Assembly (NCBI GenBank): GCA_048938025.1
Contig: JBHLMP010000012.1
Coordinates: 1-13,605, forward strand
Direction of reading: 5' to 3'
Source: Promethearchaeota archaeon
Lineage (GTDB): Archaea > Asgardarchaeota > Lokiarchaeia > Sigyniarchaeales > SOKP01
DNA: 13,605 bases
Positions 7,861-13,605 of this stretch are shown piece by piece; within the stretch, counting starts at the first letter, position 1, and each line of letters begins with the position of its first letter. The notes below the pieces were generated by a model. That model was given only the letters and a program-made list of their open reading frames with translations, did no database searches and was not told the DNA's origin. The translations under genes and the position numbers were made by a program.

Positions 7861-8709
7861 TTAAACCATTTTAAAAAGATCTTCGATTCTACAATTCAAT
7901 ATTTCAGCAATTTTATATGCTAATGTTAAACTAGGATTATATCTACCTTCTTCCAAATAATTTATGGTTTGAATGGGGACTCCTACTTTTTCAGCTAATT
8001 GAGCAGTTGACATATTATTCTTTTCTCTCAATTCTTTTATTGATGTCTTTAATTTTTCCCCTTCTCGCATTTTTGAGAGAATATAGCTAATGAAGTTATC
8101 AAATGCGAGCTCTTCAGGTTTGAATATTTTATCTTCTAATCCAGAGGGTACAGCAGAATATTTTGTCATCATTTCTTTTATTTTATTTTCGATGATATAG
8201 GGTTCTTTGAGACCTGGGATATATCCCTCTGGTCGTAAGATGCCCTTTTGAGCACTTGAAACAGCAGCAGCTGATCCAGCAGTTTCGATCTTAACTGTAA
8301 ATGTTTTAAACATTCTATCAAAAACACCATTTGCTATGTTAATATTTTGAATTCGACTATAAGGAACAGTTGCTCTCACTTGTGTAAAAACACCATGATT
8401 AATAACTATGTTATCTTCTGATATTTTGTAAGAGAATTTATGTACATAAGCGGTGTAATACCAAATTTGGATTATCATTATTATTGTAAATGGAATTATA
8501 AATACAAATAAAATTACTAATAATATCACAATGTTAGTGAAATTTTCAGGATTAATTCCATCATCAGTAACAGCAACCCAAGAAAGGTACATTGCTAATG
8601 TAGTAGCTGCACTAAGTATCAAAAGAAAAATTAATCCCCCCTTTAATACTTCTTTATTTCTATAACTGTTAGAAATCGTCCCTTCGTATGAAAAATTTTC
8701 TTTATTCAT
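7861..8709 (-). CDS. Membrane protein: 2 TM + bacterial PH domain (bPH_2/YdbS-like) fused to C-terminal XRE HTH
   Basis: Two hydrophobic helices, then YKISEDNIVINHGVFTQVRATVPYSRIQNINIANGVFDRMFKTFTVKIETAG (bPH_2 pattern), then IKELRE...LAEKVGV..QTINYLEEGRYNPSLTLAYKIA. GGAGG SD at 8720-8716, 6 nt before the ATG. Confidence 0.9.
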   Translation of the reverse strand: MNKENFSYEGTISNSYRNKEVLKGGLIFLLILSAATTLAMYLSWVAVTDDGINPENFTNIVILLVILFVFIIPFTIIMIIQIWYYTAYVHKFSYKISEDNIVINHGVFTQVRATVPYSRIQNINIANGVFDRMFKTFTVKIETAGSAAAVSSAQKGILRPEGYIPGLKEPYIIENKIKEMMTKYSAVPSGLEDKIFKPEELAFDNFISYILSKMREGEKLKTSIKELREKNNMSTAQLAEKVGVPIQTINYLEEGRYNPSLTLAYKIAEILNCRIEDLFKMV

Positions 8710-8747
8710 TTTTTTCCTCCTTTTTTTTAAAAAATTTTAATTCATTC

Positions 8748-8769
8748 TATGTTAAATAAACTTAACATA
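8748..8769. promoter_or_regulatory. Palindromic operator 1 (TATGTTAA-N6-TTAACATA)
   Basis: Perfect 8-bp inverted repeat with 6-nt spacer, lying between the TATA box and the start of the PH-HTH gene. Confidence 0.8.
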
Positions 8770-8771
8770 AA

Positions 8772-8779
8772 TATTTAAA
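8772..8779 (-). promoter_or_regulatory. TATA box for the PH-HTH/HTH module
   Basis: TTTAAATA on the minus strand, preceded by an A-rich BRE-like stretch and immediately upstream of operator 1. Confidence 0.55.
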
Positions 8780-8813
8780 TGTTTTGATCTTTGAAAAATC
8801 TCAATTTAAAAGC

Positions 8814-8831
8814 GTTAATAAAACTTAACAT
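8814..8831. promoter_or_regulatory. Palindromic operator 2 (GTTAA-N6-TTAACAT)
   Basis: Same core and spacer length as operator 1, both share AAACTTAACAT; offset is exactly 63 bp. Confidence 0.7.
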
Positions 8832-9016
8832 TTGATTTTTTTGAAAAATGTAAAATTAATTTGAAATTGATTTTCCAATTTCTATAAAGACAAAAAGGAT
8901 TACTCAGAAAAACTTACGCCTTTTTATATGAAAAACTAGAAGTTCTAATGTAATTAATACAAAATTATTAAAATGAAAATTCTTAACGACTTTTTTATTT
9001 TGGGTGATTACAAAGA

Positions 9017-9517
9017 GTGTATCAAAGAGTTATCATATTTGTAGATCATGCTAATATTTTTCATAATGTTGCAAAATTAAATATCAGAATCAATTATAAA
9101 AAATTAAAAGAAATCCTAACAAAAAATAATCACTTAGTAGGCGTTTTTACATATATGGGAATTCCCGATAAGCTATTTCCCAAAAAACGTAATTTTCTTA
9201 ATTATTTAAATTCGCAAGGATTTATCATTCAGCCTAAACCTATTAAAATATCACCTGATGGTAAAAAAGAGCAAAAAGGTGTTGATATATTCATTTATAA
9301 GGATATTGTTGAGTTAGCTGAGGAAGATGCATATGATAAAGCTATTTTAGTAAGTGGAGATGCTGATTTCGTTGATGTGGTAAAAACTATAAAAAAGTAT
9401 CACAAAAGAATCGAGATCTGGAGCTTTAGGAAATCTCTTTCGAATCTATTAAAAGATGAAGTAGGAAAGGAGAACGTTCATTATATTGATGATATTCTAA
9501 ATCAAATTAAATTTTAA
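9017..9517 (+). CDS. NYN-domain (LabA/DUF88, PIN-like) putative ribonuclease
   Basis: IFVDHANI, EQKGVDIFIYKD and LVSGDADF motifs with the acidic residues intact; GTG start with SD GGTGAT at 9003-9008. Confidence 0.92.
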   Translation: MYQRVIIFVDHANIFHNVAKLNIRINYKKLKEILTKNNHLVGVFTYMGIPDKLFPKKRNFLNYLNSQGFIIQPKPIKISPDGKKEQKGVDIFIYKDIVELAEEDAYDKAILVSGDADFVDVVKTIKKYHKRIEIWSFRKSLSNLLKDEVGKENVHYIDDILNQIKF

Positions 9518-9537
9518 ACTATAAAAAATTATCTAAG

Positions 9538-9545
9538 TTTATATA
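9538..9545 (+). promoter_or_regulatory. TATA box upstream of the putative ncRNA
   Basis: TTTATATA ending 24 nt before the first paired base (9569) of the predicted RNA rod, which is normal archaeal TATA-to-TSS spacing. Confidence 0.55.
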
Positions 9546-9568
9546 ATTATTCTAAGATCAATTATTGT

Positions 9569-9728
9569 TTCATTGATAGAAAACCCTCCTTATAGAGAGA
9601 ATAATAAGAAGAGTTGCAAAAAGCAATTTAATGTTCGCTAAATTTTTTCCCTTCGATAAAAACGACTCTTCTAAAATATTCTCTCGCTTATAAGAGTTAC
9701 TTAGTGAATGAATATCCTTATTTTTTTT
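9569..9728 (+). ncRNA. Putative structured non-coding RNA (long rod of about 140 nt), family unknown
   Basis: Nested helices: 9569-9576/9701-9708 (8 bp, 2 G-U), 9589-9594/9689-9694 (6 bp), 9595-9603/9677-9685 (9 bp), 9607-9616/9663-9672 (10 bp, 1 G-U), 9625-9630/9639-9644 (6 bp, loop containing UUCG). Upstream TATA box; T8 run at 9721-9728. Confidence 0.62.
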
Positions 9729-9825
9729 AAAAAAATCAAAGTTAATAAAAAATGGACTAATCAAAAAATATATACAAATATTAATAATAATCTCTATAAA
9801 CTTTTAAAAAATTGAGTTGATAAAA

Positions 9826-10392
9826 GTGTCAGAGGAAAAATATAGATATCGTTATTATTATAAAGAAAAATATGAGGCAGCTATAGGAACATTTGCTGTC
9901 GCTATAGTATTTCTCTTTGTTGCGATTCTTTCTTTAGCTTTAAACGCATTTGATATTAACTTCATCGGATTAAGAGATTGGGGGTACTGGATGTTCATTC
10001 CGGCTTTCTTTATCTTTATTGGTGGATTTAACCAACTTTATACTAACTATAAATATAAACAGGTAGTTAAAAATGCTTTAGCCCAAAGAAATTTTCAAGG
10101 AACTCATAAACTTGAACATATTGCACTAGAGATAGGAATGAGACCAAAAGATTTGCTTAGGGTTTTATTAGATTTACGAAATCGTGGTGTAGTCCAATAC
10201 AGTTTTAGTCCTGATACGGGAGAAATAATTTTAGGAAAAGGAATTTCATATACCCAATCAAAAGAATTTACTCCTCCAGAAAAAAAACTAGAAGCTCCTA
10301 TTCAAACAGAAGGCAAGAGCTACTGTGTTTATTGTGGTCATAAATTAGAAGCAAGAGCAAATTTTTGTCCAAATTGTGGTTCAAAGCTATAA
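9826..10392 (+). CDS. Membrane protein: 2 TM + winged-helix + C-terminal zinc ribbon
   Basis: Two TM helices; KLEHIALEIGMRPKDLLRVLLDLRNRGVVQYSFSPDTGEI (wHTH/PCI-like); CVYCG...CPNCG. In-frame GTG at 9826, preceded by GAGTTGA, preferred over TTG at 9817. Confidence 0.85.
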   Translation: MSEEKYRYRYYYKEKYEAAIGTFAVAIVFLFVAILSLALNAFDINFIGLRDWGYWMFIPAFFIFIGGFNQLYTNYKYKQVVKNALAQRNFQGTHKLEHIALEIGMRPKDLLRVLLDLRNRGVVQYSFSPDTGEIILGKGISYTQSKEFTPPEKKLEAPIQTEGKSYCVYCGHKLEARANFCPNCGSKL

Positions 10393-10393
10393 G

Positions 10394-10421
10394 TTTTTTA
10401 TTAATTAATAAATTTTTTTTT
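10394..10421 (+). terminator. T-rich terminator region between convergent genes
   Basis: T6 and T9 runs flanking an AT-only palindrome (10397-10412) right after the 10392 stop. Confidence 0.4.
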
Positions 10422-10515
10422 AATTATTCGCTATGTAACTTAGTCCTATAAAACATTTTTAAAAGAGTAAAAAAAATTAAATTTTTAAAATTAAACTCTA
10501 AATTCTCATTTGAAA

Positions 10516-11931
10516 TTAACTAGCAGAAACTTTTTGTTTTTTCTCTGAATGCATTTTCTTCGCATCTTCTGTTAATTGGTCATATTTTTCTTTATTGATC
10601 GGGAAATAACTCATAGCTATAATTCCAATAATTAGAAACACTATTGGAAAAATTACCATGAGACTTCGTAATCCAAACTCTACAGCATATTCTGCTGATT
10701 TAAGATCGAAGATATTCCAGTCTGAGCCGATAAATACCAATCCTATTGATAAGAAGACTACCACATTAGAGAATTTGACTACAAAACCATTTATTCCGTA
10801 GAAATTACCCTCTCTTCTAACTCCTGTATTTAACTCATCCTCATCTATAATTGCACTAAGCGTTATATCTCTCACAATTAATATTCCTGCTAGCCCAAAT
10901 CCTAAAATAAAGAAAAATACAAACCCTAAGACTACGCCCTTAATGAACATGAGAGGTAGTAAAGTTATTATAAACATAATCAAAGATAAAATATAAGATC
11001 CTTTAGCACCAAGTTTGTTTACTATTAGGCGCCATGGGAATACAAAGATAGCTGCTGATACAAAACCAACTCCAAGGATGAGAGAAATTATATCGGCATC
11101 TGAAACGCCCAAACATATTGTTCCATAAATCGGCATGATTGTAGGAATCATATTGAATGCAAACCACAATCCAAAGTTCCCAATAACGTACAATTTGAAA
11201 GATTTATGTCCAAAAGTATATTTTAATGCTTGTTTAAATGTTGGAGTTTTTTCATAATCCTTCGAAAATTCAACTCGTTCTTTTAATCCAAATTTGATAA
11301 ATATAAAAGCTCCAATTGCACAGATAATTGAAATAACAATTGCAGCAAATATATATTGCATATAAGTATCACGAATTGGGATATCTTCACTTGTGAAGCT
11401 CTCAATAATGAATCCTGGTAATAGGAAAGCAACCAATAATGAAAGAACTTGAAAAAATTGAATTGAATTACTTGCCTTAGCTCTTTGGTCTAAATCTCGA
11501 AACATCTCTGGAAACAAACTCGTTTGATTTAATGAATACATTGTATAAAATAACTCCCAAATGATAATTATAATTAAGAAGTAAGCAAAAGCTAATGGTT
11601 TAGGTTCTAAAGGTGCAGTAAATAAAAGAACATTTAAGACAGTTAGAGGAATAATACCTATGATGATGAATGGTTTTCTACGACCCATTTTAAGATGTGA
11701 TCGATCAGAAATCGCTCCTAGCATTGGGTCATTAATAGCGTTCCAGATTGCCCAGATGATAAAACCAAGAGACATCCATACTGCGGGTAAGTCTACTATG
11801 GAAAAATAGAAAGTGAAAATTAAGAAAGTAAAGAATTGTAGAAAGATGACATCAGTAAAACCAGCAAAACTGTACAACACCGCTTTTTTTAAAGTATATT
11901 CTTCTTCAGTACCTTTCTTTTCTTCCGTCAT
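10516..11931 (-). CDS. MFS transporter, glycoside-pentoside-hexuronide (MelB-like) family
   Basis: WNAINDPMLGAISDR, GRRKPF, IDEDELNTGVRREG motifs and about 12 hydrophobic helices. Confidence 0.93.
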   Translation of the reverse strand: MTEEKKGTEEEYTLKKAVLYSFAGFTDVIFLQFFTFLIFTFYFSIVDLPAVWMSLGFIIWAIWNAINDPMLGAISDRSHLKMGRRKPFIIIGIIPLTVLNVLLFTAPLEPKPLAFAYFLIIIIIWELFYTMYSLNQTSLFPEMFRDLDQRAKASNSIQFFQVLSLLVAFLLPGFIIESFTSEDIPIRDTYMQYIFAAIVISIICAIGAFIFIKFGLKERVEFSKDYEKTPTFKQALKYTFGHKSFKLYVIGNFGLWFAFNMIPTIMPIYGTICLGVSDADIISLILGVGFVSAAIFVFPWRLIVNKLGAKGSYILSLIMFIITLLPLMFIKGVVLGFVFFFILGFGLAGILIVRDITLSAIIDEDELNTGVRREGNFYGINGFVVKFSNVVVFLSIGLVFIGSDWNIFDLKSAEYAVEFGLRSLMVIFPIVFLIIGIIAMSYFPINKEKYDQLTEDAKKMHSEKKQKVSAS

Positions 11932-12007
11932 TTTAATTCCTTTTTATAATTTTTTTGATAAAAGTACTAAATATATGTTAAAATTATTAATAAATTGTTT
12001 GTAGTAT

Positions 12008-12370
12008 TTATAAATAAATATTTTTCCTTAAATGTGGAAGAACTAATAATTCTACTAAATTCACAGAGGCTTTTTTTTTAAATAGCTGGTAAATCTTACT
12101 TAAATCAAATTGAAATTTGGGTTGATACATAATTTCTAAAGGATTTGCTAGCAAAGAATTATCTGACCAATTCTTCGGAAATAACATAAGTTTTGAAGAA
12201 TCCGATAGTTTAGATAAATCAAAATTACAAAATCCTACTTTTAATCTAATTTCTGAACTTGTCTCGGAGTTATTGAAGTATAAGGATTCAAAGGACAATT
12301 TTTCTGCAATTTCGGATTTAATAATTTCATCTTTAATTGCATACGAAAACAAATATCCAATAGAAATCAA
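12008..12370 (-). CDS. Possible hypothetical protein (conflicts with the antisense ORF)
   Basis: 120-codon ORF with TTG start and no motif; overlaps a longer open + frame. Confidence 0.25.
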   Translation of the reverse strand: MISIGYLFSYAIKDEIIKSEIAEKLSFESLYFNNSETSSEIRLKVGFCNFDLSKLSDSSKLMLFPKNWSDNSLLANPLEIMYQPKFQFDLSKIYQLFKKKASVNLVELLVLPHLRKNIYL

Positions 12371-12605
12371 TCACAAATTTAATGATACTGTTCCCTCTGA
12401 GAATTACCTCCAAGAGAGTAATATTTTAGAATGCAAATCTCATGATACAAGAGAAGAATATCTTATTATTTCAAATGATATTCATTCTATCTTATCTAAT
12501 TGCTCTAATTTAACGAATAATCAAAAATTAGAGTTTTGTAATAGTCAGAGATACTTTATGAAATTATTTTTAAAAGATATGCTGATTAAAATTAAAAGTA
12601 AATAG
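12273..12605 (+). CDS. Possible hypothetical protein or gene remnant
   Basis: Frame is stop-free from 12126 to the TAG ending 12605, but the first canonical start is TTG at 12273; no family motif. Confidence 0.35.
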   Translation: MKYKDSKDNFSAISDLIISSLIAYENKYPIEINHKFNDTVPSENYLQESNILECKSHDTREEYLIISNDIHSILSNCSNLTNNQKLEFCNSQRYFMKLFLKDMLIKIKSK

Positions 12606-12648
12606 TACAAGTCAAAAATAAAATAAAAAGTAATAAAAAAAAACACAT

Positions 12649-13350
12649 TTAAGTTTTAAGCCCCAGATAGAGCCATATTGCATAAGTCATCATGACAACT
12701 CTTATAAAGCCAATGCCTATACCTAATGGAAGTATTGAATCCAAAGCTCCAGTTAAGACAAAGATAATAAATGCAATAGATAAGAATAGAAATTTCCTTC
12801 TTAATTCGCCTGTTGCTTGTTTAGCTTTTATTAAAAAGCCAATTCCTAAGAATACTAAAGTAGAAACTAAAAAAACAGCAACTAATAAAAATGTTGGATG
12901 CGTTCTGACAAAACTGGCATCTATTAAATCTTCCCCAGGGTTATCAAGCGTAAATTCGAATGAATGCAATGTATTAAACCATAGAAACATCTCAAATATA
13001 ATACCTAATGCTAAAAGGATTGCTACAATAATCCATTTTCCTTTAGGCCATATGAGTTCGCCCCCCAAATACATTGAGACAAGTAAAGCTGGAGCAACCC
13101 ATGTATAACTTAAAATCGAATAAACCTGAATTGGATCTATATTTTTTCCTGTAGTAAGCACAAAAATGAAATCAGTGGAAGGTCCTAACCATAAAAGACC
13201 CGTAAAGACCATAGTAAGAGCAGCAACACCAAGGAGTTTAGCTTTTAATTTTATCGCTTTATATAAAGAAAACAATCCGAATAGAGTTGCTGACAGAACA
13301 ATACCAGCCGCAGTTATCCCATCCAACAGTCCTTCAGGAGTAATAGCCAT
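12649..13350 (-). CDS. Stand-alone seven-transmembrane protein (HisKA_7TM-like topology)
   Basis: Seven hydrophobic segments, a long loop between TM4 and TM5 and a basic loop KAKQATGELRRK between TM5 and TM6. ATG at 13350, with GGTG upstream, preferred over TTG at 13389. Confidence 0.85.
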   Translation of the reverse strand: MAITPEGLLDGITAAGIVLSATLFGLFSLYKAIKLKAKLLGVAALTMVFTGLLWLGPSTDFIFVLTTGKNIDPIQVYSILSYTWVAPALLVSMYLGGELIWPKGKWIIVAILLALGIIFEMFLWFNTLHSFEFTLDNPGEDLIDASFVRTHPTFLLVAVFLVSTLVFLGIGFLIKAKQATGELRRKFLFLSIAFIIFVLTGALDSILPLGIGIGFIRVVMMTYAIWLYLGLKT

Positions 13351-13462
13351 TTTTAAATTAACACCATTTTTTATAAAATAATTATTCAATTGATAGAAGT
13401 ATATAATTATTTATTATCATTTTATTTATAATTATATTTTTTAGTGACAATCGAAAAAATAT

Positions 13463-13605
13463 TTAAAGTCTAGAGTAAAAATAGGTGGTAAATTCTTTAT
13501 TTCCCTTCTTTTGATTTAATTTACAATCAAGCTTCAAATATGAATTTAAACCATTTAATGGATATTTATGTGAAACAATAATTGCGCCCTTTTTTGCTGT
13601 AGAAA
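13463..13605 (-). CDS. 3' end of a probable class I SAM-dependent methyltransferase (partial, enters from right edge)
   Basis: Manual translation STAKKGAIIVSHKYPLNGLNSYLKLDCKLNQKKGNKEFTTYFYSRL*. KKGAIIVSHKYP resembles the LKPGAxIVS strand of small methyltransferases, and TYFY resembles the terminal strand. Confidence 0.6.
   Translation of the reverse strand, partial: STAKKGAIIVSHKYPLNGLNSYLKLDCKLNQKKGNKEFTTYFYSRL

Noticed and set aside
8892-8947. AAAAAGG/CCTTTTT repeat and TAGAA-G-TTCTA palindrome upstream of the NYN gene
   Set aside because: Short, single-copy and low complexity; no supporting context.
9570-9764. 64 aa minus-strand ORF, and a minus-strand SD followed by ATG AAA CAA TAA near 9592-9562
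   Set aside because: No motif and a TTG start; the region is better explained by the + strand RNA structure. A small hydrophobic peptide (type I toxin-like) cannot be fully excluded.
11974-11992. TATGTTAA half-site upstream of the MFS gene resembling the XRE operator
   Set aside because: Second half-site is mismatched and spaced N5; it overlaps the likely TATA region.
11813-12004. 63 aa plus-strand ORF
   Set aside because: Antisense to the MFS gene 5' end and its promoter.
12123-12373. In-frame TGA codons (12123 on +, 12373-12371 on -) as possible selenocysteine sites
   Set aside because: Further stops including TAA lie close upstream in both frames; no Cys/Sec motif context or convincing SECIS.
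12692-13381. 138 aa and 71 aa plus-strand ORFs
   Set aside because: K/N/T/P-rich shadows of the hydrophobic 7TM gene.
13401-13437. 10-bp inverted repeat ATATAATTAT/ATAATTATAT upstream of the 7TM gene
   Set aside because: AT-only in extremely AT-rich intergenic DNA and no second copy of the repeat seen; weak support.
1-13605. CRISPR array, tRNA/rRNA genes, transposase or integrase
   Set aside because: No regularly spaced direct repeats, no GC-rich cloverleaf or rRNA-like segment and no recombinase motifs seen.

Overview
Strongly AT-rich archaeal DNA, most likely an Asgard (Lokiarchaeia-like) chromosome, inferred from the archaeal-type ThrRS, SepRS, RibL/RbkR and a longin-like protein. The left half is housekeeping: thrS (minus strand, runs off the left edge, absent from the ORF track), then translin/C3PO, sepS, ribL and wHTH-ribK (rbkR), convergent with a CDP-alcohol phosphatidyltransferase. 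The right half is accessory or regulatory: a longin + winged-helix protein, a two-gene XRE-HTH module, a NYN/LabA nuclease, a 2TM-wHTH-zinc-ribbon protein, a GPH-family MFS transporter, an ambiguous overlapping-ORF region, a stand-alone 7TM protein and the 3' end of a probable methyltransferase. Two signals stand out. (1) An unannotated rod-like RNA structure of about 140 nt (9569-9708) sits directly behind the NYN gene, with its own TATA box and oligo-T terminator. (2) A membrane-anchored PH-domain protein carries an XRE-HTH with a degenerate recognition helix; it is paired with a soluble paralogous repressor and two GTTAA-N6-TTAAC operators 63 bp apart, which suggests a membrane-sequestration switch. 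All family calls come from motif reading by eye; reference sequences quoted are recalled from memory, not database hits.
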